From Octopus vulgaris (lineage: Eukaryota), in NCBI GenBank assembly GCA_951406725.2, contig OX597817.1, positions 149,110,001 to 149,174,000 of the forward strand: 64,000 bases of DNA, given 5' to 3'. The notes beneath the pieces are model-generated. The model did no database searches, had not been told where the DNA came from, and saw only the letters and a list, made by a program, of their open reading frames with translations. This document shows, piece after piece, positions 26,854 through 39,905 of this stretch. Position numbers and translations under genes: made by a program. Numbering within the stretch: the first letter of the stretch is position 1; the number at the start of each line of letters is the position of its first letter.

Positions 26854-27054
26854 ATGTAATGTTTATTTATTCGAACAGTTTGAGTCGATTAATCATGCGT
26901 TATTTCATAGCTTTTAGATTTCAAAGATGTTATTGCTTACTTTTAGAATGACATTGCAGGGTAATTGAGAGAGGCCTGATCTGGTCCGTTTGAATACAAA
27001 ACAGGTAGAATATTTGGACCTGATACGTCTGGTTTGAACGCTAAAAGGTTAAAT

Positions 27055-27481
27055 ATTTCAAATTGTGGCACAAGGCCAGTAATTTTGGAGAAGGGGAGTG
27101 GATTACATCGGCTCCAGTAATCAACTGGTATTTATATTATCGACCTCGAGAGGATGAAATGCAAAATGGACCTCGGCGGAATCTGAACTCAGAACGTAAA
27201 AACAGACGAGATGCCGCTAAGCATTTTGCCTAGCGTGCTAACGATTCATATTTCTTTACTGCCCACAAGGGGCTACACACAAAGGGGACAAACAAGGACA
27301 GACAAACGGATTGAGTCGATTATATCGACCCCAATGCGTAACTGGTACTTATTTAATCGACCCCGAAAGGATGAAAAGCAAAGTGGACCTCGGCTTAATC
27401 TGAACTCAGAACGTAAAAACGGATGAGATGCCGCTAAACATTTTTTCCTGGCGTGCTAACGATCCAGCCAACTCGCCGCCT
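27055..27481 (-). mobile_element. SINE family A dimer
   Basis: Two bodies with different tails, head at 27481. Confidence 0.85.
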
Positions 27482-28418
27482 TTGTAGGAATAGATATCAG
27501 ACAGCTGCAGTAATCACTGTCCAGCAATTCGAATGACGTTAATTTTCTATTCATATATTCGTTTTGAAATTATTCCTTATTACAAACAGATGCAAATTAT
27601 ATTCAACGATATCACTATTTTTTTATATTAATTCAACATTCAAGTAAATGGAGCTACGACAACGAAACTTATAAGCATTTACGTATAGCATAAACCTGGT
27701 GTCTGTATTCACTTCCGATGCCGTTTTTTTCCCCTAAATATAACCATATAGATCCAAGACATATGCATTATAATAAACATACATATTCTATAAATCATCG
27801 TTCATAAATATATGGATCTATATTTTTAGTGGAAATGTATATAAAGATAGCGGATATGCTCTAAAGGGTGAGCACTTGCAATTTTATAGATTTTTACACA
27901 TAGATGATATTCCATATTTCCGGAAGGTTTGGTTCGTCTCTGTTGATGCCGGCAGCATTTTAGCTTATGACAACACCATAAATCAAACAGCTACTTGTAG
28001 CTTATATACAGAATTCCGTTAGACACACGGATCTATGTTCATAATAAGAATATAGAGAATAGGTTATCTTGATTTATTTTCCATGTGTCATTCCTTTTTC
28101 GCAATTTTAAATATATTTATATATTTATTATAACTCCGAAATTTAAATTCTTTTTATATCACTGAACCTTTTAAAAAGCCTTTGCTCGAAGAATATTTTC
28201 GATCTGGCTTAAAATATTTATTATAAACCCTTTTTTTCCTAATTTAATTACCCCTTCCTTTTTGTTACCCAAATGTAGCTACCCCTTTAGTTACCCACAT
28301 TTACTTACCCCTTCCAAAGTTTATATAACAAGATGGGTTTAGTTTTCTCGAATATTGAAAGGAACCTGGTGGAGACCATAGCATTTTCATTGAACCTTCT
28401 TCCTAAGTATTAACACAT

Positions 28419-28785
28419 ACGCAGGCATGGCTGTGTGGCAAGAATCTTGCTTCCCAGCCACGTGATTCTGGATTCAGTCCCACTGCATGGCACCTTGAAC
28501 AAGTGTCTTCTACTATAACCAGGGCCGACCAAAGCCTTGTCGGTGGATTTGATAGACGGAAACTTAGAGGAGCTAGTCTTAGATGTGTGTATATATATAT
28601 ATATATATGCGTGTGTGTTTGTGTCACACTGTGTCTGTGTTTGGCTTCTACCTTCGTTCGATACCCGGTGGTGAGTGTTAACGTCCCCGTGACTTAGCAG
28701 TTCAGCACGAGCAACGATGGAATATGCACCAGGTTTTAAAACAAAAACTACTCTAGTTTTGAAGACTGTGGTTGAAACAAGTAGA
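28419..28785 (+). mobile_element. SINE family B
   Basis: GCAGGCATGGCTGTGTGG head, CACCTTGAACAAGTGTCTTC, internal (TA)n. Confidence 0.85.
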
Positions 28786-28796
28786 AAATATAAATC

Positions 28797-28884
<88 letters not shown>

Positions 28885-28887
28885 ATA

Positions 28888-29054
28888 GGTGTAGGAGAGG
28901 CTATGTGGTAAGTAGCTTGCTTACGAACCGCATTGTTTCGGATTCAGTCCCACTGCGTGGCACCTTGAGCAAGTGTCTTCGACTATAACCTCGGGCTGAC
29001 CAAAACTTGAGTGGATTTGGTAGACGGACACTGAAAAAGAGCCCATCGTATATA

Positions 29055-29105
<51 letters not shown>

Positions 29106-29419
29106 TAGCAGTATCGCCCGGCGTTGCTCAGGTTTCTAAGGGAAATAACTATATAAGCATTTTTAGAGAGTTACTTCCCTTATATAAACCGAGCAAAAAT
29201 GCATTAAAAATGCGGAAAAATGATGGAATTTTTGTTTTAAATCGTTGACTCATCGTAGACGCGCGCTAATACCCAGAAGGGCTCGATATGAATCACGACT
29301 ATAAGATTCCCGCTTTTGGTTAAACTGCACCGCAAAATGTGGGAGTAGTTAGGAATCTAAATAGGAGTAGACAGACGGGCACACACCTTCAGTTTTATAT
29401 ATAAAGATATATGCACACA

Positions 29420-29498
<79 letters not shown>

Positions 29499-29645
29499 AT
29501 ATATTTGTGTGTCTGTGTTTGTCCCCCAAACATCGCTTGACAACCGATACTGGTGTGTTTACGTCCCCGTAACTTAGCGCTTCGGCAAATGATACCGACA
29601 GATTAAGTACTAGGCTTACAAAGAATATGTCCTAGGGTCGATTTG
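28888..29645 (+). mobile_element. SINE family B interrupted by a Helitron
   Basis: Head at 28888-29050. The 3' half resumes at about 29505 (GTGTCTGTGTTTGTCCCCC..CTTGACAACCGAT). Confidence 0.85.
29105..29407 (-). mobile_element. Non-autonomous Helitron
   Basis: Minus strand starts TC, ends CTAG, has a subterminal hairpin CCTGAGCAACGCCGGG and sits between A and T with no TSD. Confidence 0.85.
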
Positions 29646-29649
29646 ACAT

Positions 29650-29705
<56 letters not shown>

Positions 29706-30184
29706 TTATTTATATATACAAAGAGAACGAGAAGGAGAGAGACAGACAGATATTTGGCTAGGACTTCAGATTTTGACTCAAATGACATATTCAATTTAAA
29801 TTCTCAGACAAATCAATATTATCACTCACGTGGTTGAGTGTACAGTGTTGTTTCGGTAGATCTGATTCAGTTCTGTCTTTACACTACAGCTATTATAAGT
29901 CTTTAAAACGGACAGGTTTTTTTTTCCTTTGCTTTTAATCCTCTGTGGTCTTGGTCCTTACCTAATACATAATAATTAATCATTCTTCTAAATATTTCAA
30001 AAATCGTCTCTTAAATTCATAAGTAGTATTCTTTTGAGTTTCCTAAACCGTTTCGTTGGTGTTATGAATTGTCACTGTCTAAAAAGTACAATGATAATTT
30101 TACTGCTAAATTGCAGTTCGGTTAGTCGTTTCTTGTTAGTATGTTTGACTTCATACAAGTGTATGGTGATTAAATTTTTTTTTT

Positions 30185-30466
30185 AATTTATGCGCCCTTT
30201 TCAAGCCTAGCCAGGCCCACGGGCCCGGTTTCTGTGGCGTATGTGTTCCCCCCAGCTGGACGGGACGCCAGTCCATCGCAGCGTTACTCAAGACACAGGA
30301 AGAAAGAGTGAGAGAAAGTTGTACAACAGGGGTCGCCACCACCCCCTGCCGGAGACTCGTGGGACTTTCGGTGTTTTCGCTCGATAAACACACACAACGC
30401 TCGGTCTGGGAGTCCAAACCGCGATCCTCCGATCGCGAATCCGCTGCCCTAACCACTGGGCCATTG
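30185..30466 (-). mobile_element. tRNA-derived SINE with V-domain-like core
   Basis: TGGCCCAGTGGTTAGGGCAGCGG head and CTGCGATGGACTGGCGTCCCGTCCAG core. Confidence 0.8.
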
Positions 30467-30503
30467 CTTGGGAAACTTAGGCACAGTAAACATCTCTCTT
30501 TCA

Positions 30504-31518
30504 GGCACAGGGGAAGCTGTGTGGTAAGAGGTTTGCGCATGGCTCAGTGGTTAGAACATCGAGCTTACGATCATGAGGTTGTGAGTTTGATTTCCGGACC
30601 GGGCTGCGTGTTGTGTTCTTGAGCAAGACATTTTATTTCACGTTGCTCCAAAAAAAAAAAAAGGCGGTGAGCTGGCAGAAACGGTAGCACGCCGGCGAAA
30701 TGCTTAGCGGTATTTCGTCTGCCGTTACGTTCTGAGTTCAAATTCCGCCGAGGTTGACTTTGCCTTTCATCCTTTCGGGTCGATTAAATAAGTACCAGTT
30801 ACACACTGGGGTCGATATAATCGCCTTAATCCGTTTGTTTGTCCTTGTTTGTCCCTGCTGTGTGTTGCTCCTTGTGGGTAATAAAGAAATAAGTATTTCG
30901 TCTGCTGCTACGTTCTGAGTTCAGATTCCGCCGAGGTCGACTTTGCCTTTTATCCTTTCGGGGTTCAATTAAATAAGTACCTGTTACGCACTGGTGTCGA
31001 TGTAATCGATTTAATCCGATTGTCTGTCCTTGTTTGTCCCCTCTATGTTTAGCCCCCTGTGGGCAATAAAGAAATAAGAAGTTTGCTTTCCAGCCATATG
31101 ATTCTGGGTTCAGTTCCATTGCGTGGCACCTTGGTCAATTGTCACTTACTACAGCCTCGAACCAACCAGAGCCTTGAGTGGAATTGGTTGAGGGAAACTG
31201 AAAAAAGCATGTCGTACATATATATGTAAGTGTATGTATGTATGTATGTATGTATGTACGTACGTATGCATACAAACATGTATGTATGTATGTATGTATA
31301 TACGTATATTTGTGAGTGTGTCTTTGTATCTGCGTTTGTCCCCTTCCACCCCTTGACAACCGGTGTTGGTGACATTACGTCCGCGTACATAGCAGTCCGG
31401 CAAAAGTGAGCGGCAGAATAAGTACCCGGCTTCAAAAACGGCATAGAGTTGGCTCCTTCTAATAAAAACTTTTCAAGGTGGTGCCCCAGCATGGCCGCAG
31501 CCTAATGACTGAAACACT
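30504..31518 (+). mobile_element. SINE family B split by a chimeric SINE E / SINE A insert
   Basis: Family B head 30504-30536, SINE E 5' part 30535-30648, A13, SINE A dimer 30663-31077, family B resumes at 31075. Duplication TAAGAGGTTTGC / TAAGAAGTTTGC flanks the insert. Confidence 0.85.
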
Positions 31519-32019
31519 ATTTGCAATATGCACATAAACTGAATTCTGTTTCTTTTAGCTTTATGAAATTTTAAGATACAAACCTTAACCTTACAATTTC
31601 TTTTCACAGCTAACATAAACCTACAGTTTTCTTCACATAAATATCAGATATTTATTAAATAATTTATTAAATGTTCTGCACGTAAATCAATAAAAATATT
31701 TCGCTTTCTGTAATTCGATACATAGCAGAATAAATAAATATATCGCTTAACCAAAATATAAATCCATTATAGAGCTTTTCAATAAAACTAACATTTTCGA
31801 TTCCACTACTGAATTATAACGAGATCATTAGTTTCTAACAGAATATTTCTCACATATTTGGTTATGAAAAAAAAACAATCTTTGGCTTATTCCAACTCTC
31901 TGTTACCAACCAAATTGGTAAATTTAAATCGCAAATCAAATTTTCCGGTTTAACTGCATCCCATTTGCTTAAAGTATAAACAAGCAGCAACTGCTCTTAA
32001 GGGTTTATCTCCTCGGCTT

Positions 32020-32250
32020 TTTTCTCTTCTTCCTCTTCTTCTCTTTCTCTCCCTCTCTATCTCTTTGTTTCTGTCGCTCTCTCTTATTCTCTCTCTCTCT
32101 CTCTCAATCACTTTCTCTGTCGCTCCCTCATTCGATTTCCCCTCTCAATATTGTTACATACACAGACTCGCTCTCTCTCTCTCTTTCTCAGTTCCTTTCT
32201 GCTTCTCTCTATTACACTTATTCTCTCTCTCCCTCTCTCCCTCTCTCAAT
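32020..32250. repeat. (CT)-rich low-complexity tract
   Basis: Read directly. Confidence 0.9.
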
Positions 32251-33289
32251 ATTCTTACATCTGTTTATCTCCCCCCCATATATTTCTTTAGCCGCTTATA
32301 CTCCTCGCTTTCTTGTTTGCTCGATGTTCCGCTTACTTCGTCTCACTAACTAACGAGTCTTTTCCGTATTTTAACGAGGAAAAAAAAACCTGGATAGATA
32401 TGTGTACTGTGTGTGTGTGTGTACGTGTGTCTATGTATGTATATGTGTGTGTGTGTATCTATACACCACCGTGTTACAAAATAGTGCTTCCAAAACTAAA
32501 TGGCACCATTCTGAAGAGTGCAGTAGCTCAAAATTTAGCAGTGCTAGAGCTATAAAATGATTGTAAATACCCAGTGATAGTATTTTATCAAGGTTGACAA
32601 AAGTTGCTTTCAAATATACATTGCTTCGATCTTAGATTTCATAGATGTAGCCTTATCTTCCTCTAATTGTCACATCTTTGATATTGTACTGGGTCGCAGG
32701 TGCGAGAGTCGAGAAAGAGTCTCCATCTGCTCGCTACAATACGGTCACCTAAAATAAACAGCGAAAGTATGGTGCAGGGTAACTAACACTAAAGCACTCT
32801 GGCGACAGATAAATGGCAACGTCAGGAGGTTGGAGGAGCTGGAAGTTGCCAACCCGACGTTTGCACATTGGCAGTTTGAGTATGATGTTTGAGGGTATGC
32901 GAGTGAGTGGGAACTGCCGCAGATTTGCTTAAATTACCAGGCCTCCATATTTCGGAATTACAATACTTGCTCCGTTACGGAACCGTTCCGATCAAAGGAA
33001 GGATCCAACTGCTAACTAAACTTAAATCATTCCGACAAGGAAAGCACGTTCAATGGGTTCTCCATTTAGATTATGAAAGAAAAGCAAAAAATAAACGAAA
33101 CTGGTCATTGGCTTTAGGAAAGATCTAGTAATGTGGAAAATGAGAGATTGAACCTACTCGAAGGACATGGATGCCAGAACAGATTTTTTGAGATAGTCAA
33201 GCTATTTCTCGACGGTATGTAGCCATGATCTTCCTGTAGTTGCAAGAATCGATAGTTGCAGGAAGCGTGTATTTCCACACAAGATGGAG

Positions 33290-33560
33290 CGATGGATTGT
33301 TGAGATTATTTAGACTAAGATCCACCAGGAAATTCCGCAATATGTTTATTGGTGAGCATCTTGTCCCTGATAACCCAGCGCTGGTGACTCATTCCTAAGA
33401 AGTTATCTAGGAAATTACAGACTTTGTAGATTGTGTGACATCAGTTTTCGGCTTATCAATAAGTGTGAAAAAGACTAAAGTATTGTAGCAACCTAAAACT
33501 GGTACGCTAGAACGCGAACCTACGACCATCGCAACTGAATATTATCCTTGAAGCTTAGTG
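33290..33560 (+). mobile_element. RTE-like LINE RT remnant
   Basis: PDNPALVTHS..SVFGLSISVKKTKVL*QP resembles the RTE RT segment ADD.AL.AHS..FGL.IS.KKT.V..QP. Confidence 0.6.
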
Positions 33561-33809
33561 TAAAGGACTACACGTTTATGCAGCACGATTTTTGATGACA
33601 ACGCTGCAGTCATTTTAAGGGGGTGTAAAGCTGATAACGAAATGCAAAGTATGGCGAACGATAATAACAGTCAGTTTGTGGTTTCCTGTTAGTTCCTACC
33701 ATACTGTTGAAATGGGTACCTCAGCAGTTGAAACCTGATTTTTCTAGGCGTGAACTATACTGAAATATAATGTCGGAAGCGTTTGAAGTCCAGTAAATAC
33801 GCGCCTTAC

Positions 33810-34240
33810 GATTTTGTGACAGGGATGAAATGTGACCGCGTCTTCGTCTTTTGGAAGCGATGATTCAATCCGTCGAATACCATCACACATCTTCTCGTAG
33901 GCCTAAGAAGGATTTCGATGGGGAGCGACCCCGAGTGAATGCTTTTTCGAAAGACAAATACGTCATCTTCCTTGATTTTCTGGAGAATAGTTGTACTGTG
34001 AATACCGAGGACTATATTCAGTTACCCAGAAAACTTAGAGAGGCTGTTAGGAGGAAGAAACAAAACAAGAATCTGAAAAACTTCCACATTCATTATGAAA
34101 CGCATCCGATCAATGTCATAGAAAACCGAATTGTAGAAATCCGAACACATCCTCATTAAATTTGCATCTACCCACGCATAGCTTCTTCCTTCATTCAGAG
34201 ATGACTTTGAAACGTCTAACTTTGGTAAGAGCAACAACAT
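33810..34240 (+). pseudogene. Mariner transposase catalytic-domain remnant
   Basis: FVTG..QSVEYHH.SS.RPKK..VIFLDFLE..TVNTEDYIQL..KLREAVRRK matches the mariner catalytic region. Confidence 0.8.
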
Positions 34241-34444
34241 ACTTCTAGAGTAAGTATTAAATCGATCCTTTACACTATTAGCAAATCAAAACAGCTTGGG
34301 TGGGAGGAAGAGGGTGTCGTCGATAACAGTGAAATTGCAAATTCATTAAATAGCAAAATAGCATTGAATATAACGCAAAGTGCAAAGGTGAAATATATTT
34401 TTAAAAAGCACAAAAGAGAATATTATTACGAAAACAGTTTATGT

Positions 34445-34448
<4 letters not shown>

Positions 34449-34511
<63 letters not shown>

Positions 34512-34733
34512 TGTATATATATATGCGTATATATATATGTATGTATGTATGTATGTATAAATATATATATATATATGCGTATGTGTGTGAGTGTATATTT
34601 GCATGTATATATATATGTGTATATATATATATATGTATACATATATATATGCGTATATATGTATATAAATATACAAATGTATGTATAAATATGTATGTGT
34701 ATATATGCATATGTATATATGTATATGCATATG

Positions 34734-34794
<61 letters not shown>

Positions 34795-34876
34795 GTGTAT
34801 AGACATATATATATATGTATGTAGACATGTATGAATGCATATATGTATATTTATATATATGTATATATATATATAT

Positions 34877-34911
<35 letters not shown>

Positions 34912-35020
34912 ATATATATATGCGTATATATGTATACGCATATATATGTATCTCTCTCACCCTATATATACATTTTTTTTTTTCACATAGATATATACGT
35001 ATATATATTATATATAATGT
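34449..35020. repeat. (TA)/(TATG)/(TG) compound microsatellite
   Basis: Read directly. Confidence 0.95.
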
Positions 35021-35451
35021 TTCTTTTTTAAGGTTCATATTGCCATCGCCGTTCTCACTCTTTGTTTATTGTTACTTTTCTATATATATTTTTGCAGTTG
35101 ATTCTGATAGGCTCTTCAAAGAGCTACAAGTTTTTCAACCCTGGAACCCTTGAAGTAAATGTATAGCTTTGGGTCTATCGACTAATAGTTTTAGGTTATG
35201 AATCTGTATTCTGATATGTAAGCCACTTCTAAGGAATATTTATACATTTAACCTTCTTAGCAGACCATTCAACCATTACAACACCGACAGAAAAATTTTG
35301 GAACAAAAATGACGGGGAAACATGAACGCTATCAAAACACGTGACACACATCAAAAGAGTCTCTTCCCGAAATAATCTTACTTTGAATAGATTTGAGGCC
35401 TGCGTGTGTAATTGTATGTAATGTGTGTGTATGTGTGTGCGTACACAGACG

Positions 35452-35528
<77 letters not shown>

Positions 35529-35565
35529 TTATATACACACACATTCACACACACACCTAAATATG

Positions 35566-35601
<36 letters not shown>

Positions 35602-36027
35602 AATATATGTGTGTGCGTTTGCGAGTGTGTGCGTGTATGTGTCTGTGCTTAATATTTGTATCAGTGTCTGTGAGTATGGGTGTTCCGGTCTTGATCTTTG
35701 TCTATCTGGCTGTTAATCAGCCTATCAACCTCTATATAATTGTGTGCGAACATTATATATTTATGTGTGCGTATGAATGTATGCATATATATATATATAT
35801 ATATACATACATACATATATACATTCATGCACACACACACACACACACACATTTGGATACATGTGGAGCTCTAAATATTACGGAGAGATTTTGTGGTGTG
35901 GTTAGAGTTTGTTGCTAAAGTATATTTTACCCCAAACTGCGCGGCAATCTTAGTATAAAGCTGATCAAACATATTGGTTGAGGAAAATGTATAGAATGTA
36001 ACGGATAAAATGTCCTATATATATATA

Positions 36028-36531
36028 TAGGGGATCCAAAAAGTTTCGGCCGATTCTTATTTTGAAAACTATTGTAGGTTTTTCAATTAATTTTATTGCA
36101 TAGAACAATGATAAGTAATAACTACAAATAAAACAACGATGAAACAATGATGACTACGAAGGATTCTGTGGACCGTTGATTAGACGAGCTTCCAACTGCT
36201 CACTTGTGTCACCAGATGTTGCAGTAGCGGGTGGTCCAGATCTGCATGCGTCGTGTACAGAGCCCGTTGTTTAGAACTTGTTAACGAGTGACTTGATGTT
36301 CCTGCCCTGAACGGCAATGAATATGAAATTCTTCGCTGAGGCAACGACTTGCCTCTGCTGCATTTGAGCCAGACTGATACTAATGTCGGAAAGTAGCAAT
36401 TTGTTGAATCCGATTCAGTCTAAAAGCCATGTTCCTCAAAGCTTCGAAGACGAACCTGTAACAAAACAATAATACAGTAATATAATGTACAATAAAATAA
36501 AAATTGTGCGAAACTGTCTGGACACCCTGTA
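36028..36531. mobile_element. Tc1/mariner-type non-autonomous element
   Basis: Imperfect TIRs TAGGGGATCCAAAAAGTTTCG and CGAAACTGTCTGGACACCCTG, each flanked by TA. Confidence 0.55.
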
Positions 36532-36556
36532 TAAACCTCGCTAAGATAAATATTTC

Positions 36557-36631
36557 AATTACCTGAAGATTGATTGTAACCATAACTCGAATTATTACGA
36601 ATTGGACAGCCATGAAACGATCGTAGTGTTT
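36557..36631 (+). ncRNA. Type I hammerhead ribozyme, intact core with weakened stems
   Basis: AATTAC-CTGAAGA (36563-36569)-T-TGATTGT..ACAGCCA-T-GAAA (36614-36617)-CGATCG-TA-GTGTTT. Stem III is the palindrome ACGATCGT. Confidence 0.7.
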
Positions 36632-36794
36632 TACTAATTATCTTTTATTAAAATTTTAATACTTTTGATATATATTTAAAATAATATAACTTAATTAATT
36701 TTATGTATTGGCTTAAGTTTTTTATTGTTTGATTTGCCTAATAGTGGTTTTATCTCTAATTTAATATAATATATATATATATATTCCTTAATTC

Positions 36795-37020
36795 TTTGTG
36801 TTGTTTAAGTCACTTGACAGCAGTCATGCTGGAGCAACGAATTCAAGGGTTTTTTAATCGAACAATTCGACCCCAGGACTTATTCTATGTAAGCCGAATA
36901 TTTACTCTATCAATTTCTCTTGCCTAACTGGTAGGTTACGGAAACGTTACAAAACCAGCTTTGGTTGTCAAGCGACAGTGAGGGGGCAAGTATAGACACA
37001 AAGATACACACATATACTCA
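36795..37020 (-). mobile_element. SINE family B, 3' half
   Basis: CATGCTGGAGCA..CGACCCCAGGACTTATTC..GGTTGTCAAGCGA. Confidence 0.75.
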
Positions 37021-37046
37021 CACAAATGTATATTAATATATATATA

Positions 37047-37112
<66 letters not shown>

Positions 37113-37256
37113 AGTAATTGAATGAATTATCTTATTAAGGATAATTCTAAAGATAACCGATACCTGGGTAGCAAATTCACATCAGAAAGAACACGGTTGA
37201 AGCTACGTCCCTAGGGCATAGACTACGTGTCTTCGTGCGAAAATTTGTATGTTTAT

Positions 37257-37545
37257 TTTAAAATTATAAGTATATGAAAGAATGGAGTTGAACGACTAGT
37301 TAACAAATATCCCTTATTCTCGACATATGTTTCGATATCATTATCGACACGGGCTCCTTGAGAGCGGTCAGCTAAATGTTTTTTGTGCATTTGGATATCG
37401 ACATAAGTTCCTTGATTTTCCTGATGAGTAATCTGCATAATGTACTCCTTATTCCTTCGGAATTAGGAATATGCAGCCTTCGAAACATATGTCGAGAATA
37501 AAGGATATTTGTTAACTAGTCAACTCCATTCTTTCATATATATAA

Positions 37546-37552
<7 letters not shown>
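37257..37552. repeat. About 75-bp inverted repeat enclosing a hammerhead (inverted pLTR-like)
   Basis: 37257-37334 and 37480-37552 are near-identical reverse complements. The element lies between (TA)n tracts. Confidence 0.9.
37409..37505 (+). ncRNA. Type I hammerhead ribozyme with canonical GUC site
   Basis: Stem I TCCTT-g-ATTTTC / GAGAAT-a-AAGGA, CTGATGA-G at 37421, long stem II (CTGCAT/ATGCAG, ATTCCT/AGGAAT), C-GAAA, palindromic ACATATGT, cleavage after C37493. Confidence 0.9.
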
Positions 37553-37599
<47 letters not shown>

Positions 37600-37651
37600 T
37601 ATGTATATATATATAAATATATATGTATATATTAATATATATATATATGTA

Positions 37652-37684
<33 letters not shown>

Positions 37685-37770
37685 GTAGGTCCCGGGTTGA
37701 TTCGGGGTTAACCACAGTAAATAAGGTACTCAATACATAGCAGAGTAAAATTAATTTATTATATAGAAGG

Positions 37771-37821
37771 AGCTTCTACAGGACTAGAACTGTTTCATTC
37801 AAGAGAAATCTTCAGGAAGCT
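37771..37821 (-). ncRNA. Type I hammerhead ribozyme, left arm copy
   Basis: Exact reverse complement of 39855-39905. Confidence 0.8.
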
Positions 37822-38410
37822 AGTTAACAAGAATTGTATTGCCATTTATACATTTAGGCAGGTTTAAAGGGGTGTTGGTGGGGGACTTTTTGGGGTAGGC
37901 ATAGCGCAAAATATCATACTTGGGGGAGTGGTCAAGGAGTCAGTGTTAAATTAGATAGAAGAATAAATAAAAAATAAAAAATAAAAATATATATATATAT
38001 AAAAAAAGGGGGAATAGAGTTTTAGGTAAATAAGGAGATTCTCACTTATACCTATGCACATATGTATACATATATACGCACGCATACAAACATATATACA
38101 TATACATACACACATACATACACACACATATATATATACATATATATACACTTACACATACATATACATATCTACACATACACATATATGTATACATACA
38201 CACACTCACATGCATACACGTATACACACATGTATATATACACACACACGACCACACATACATATACACACAGAAAAATATATATACACATACACACACA
38301 TACTCACATACACGCATACACACACAAATCCACACACACACATGCACACAGCACACTAGTCCCTATATACACATATATACACATACACACATATATACAC
38401 ACACATACAT

Positions 38411-38462
<52 letters not shown>

Positions 38463-38871
38463 GTGTACCTATGCATACCTACACATACACACATATATAT
38501 ATACACATACAAATACAGACCCATTCCCTAATTTTAATTTTATTATCTTCGTTTATTACTTTTGTTATCTTTGGCCGCTTGGTCACAAACATCTTGGCTA
38601 TGACAGCCAGTCCATTTATCTGTCTACTGGAAAACAAGCACTCATTCACTCACGCACACTCTTTAGCACGTACACTCACTCATTCGTACACTCATACACA
38701 TACACGCACGCACGCGTTATATTCATACATACATACATCTACATACATTAACGTATATACACATACGTACGCGTACCTACAGATTCATGTCTACACTCTT
38801 AGAAGGCTAGTCTATACATATACACCAATAAATATAAATACACACACATACACGTACACCTACATACAAAT

Positions 38872-38924
<53 letters not shown>

Positions 38925-39198
38925 CATATATATACACATATATATACATACACATACATACATACACATATATACACATATACACACATATACACATATA
39001 TACACACATACACATACATACATATACACACATACACATACATACGTATACATACATACATACATCCATACATCCATACATCCATACATACATACAAAAG
39101 TAATAAACGAAGATAATAAAATTAAAATTAGGGAATGGGTCTGTATTTGTATGTGTATATATATATGTGTGTATGTGTAGGTATGCATAGGTACACAC

Positions 39199-39262
<64 letters not shown>

Positions 39263-39854
39263 ATGTATGTGTGTGTATATATGTGTGTATGTGTATATAT
39301 GTGTATATAGGGACTAGTGTGCTGTGTGTGCATGTGTGTGTGTGGATTTGTGTGTGTATGCGTGTATGTGAGTATGTGTGTGTATGTGTATATATATTTT
39401 TCTGTGTGTATATGTATGTGTGGTCGTGTGTGTGTATATATACATGTGTGTATACGTGTATGCATGTGAGTGTGTGTATGTATACATATATGTGTATGTG
39501 TAGATATGTATATGTATGTGTAAGTGTATATATATGTATATATATATGTGTGTGTATGTATGTGTGTATGTATATGTATATATGTTTGTATGCGTGCGTA
39601 TATATGTATACATATGTGCATAGGTATAAGTGAGAATCTCCTTATTTACCTAAAACTCTATTCCCCCTTTTTTTATATATATATATATTTTTATTTTTTA
39701 TTTTTTATTTATTCTTCTATCTAATTTAACACTGACTCCTTGACCACTCCCCCAAGTATGATATTTTGCGCTATGCCTACCCCCAAAAAGTCCCCCACCA
39801 ACACCCCTTTAAACCTGCCTAAATGTATAAATGCCAATACAATTCTTGTTAACT

Positions 39855-39905
39855 AGCTTCCTGAAGATTTCTCTTGAATGAAACAGTTCTAGTCCTGTAG
39901 AAGCT
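39855..39905 (+). ncRNA. Type I hammerhead ribozyme, right arm copy
   Basis: AGCTTC-CTGAAGA-T-TTC-TCTT-GAA-T-GAAA-CAG-TTCTAGTC-CTG-TA-GAAGCT: 6-bp stem I, GUA cleavage after 39899. Confidence 0.8.

Noticed and set aside
26480-27052. piggyBac-like MITE around the SINE E copy
   Set aside because: Only the right end (AAAAGGTTAA) is suggestive. The left TIR and TTAA site are too decayed to confirm.
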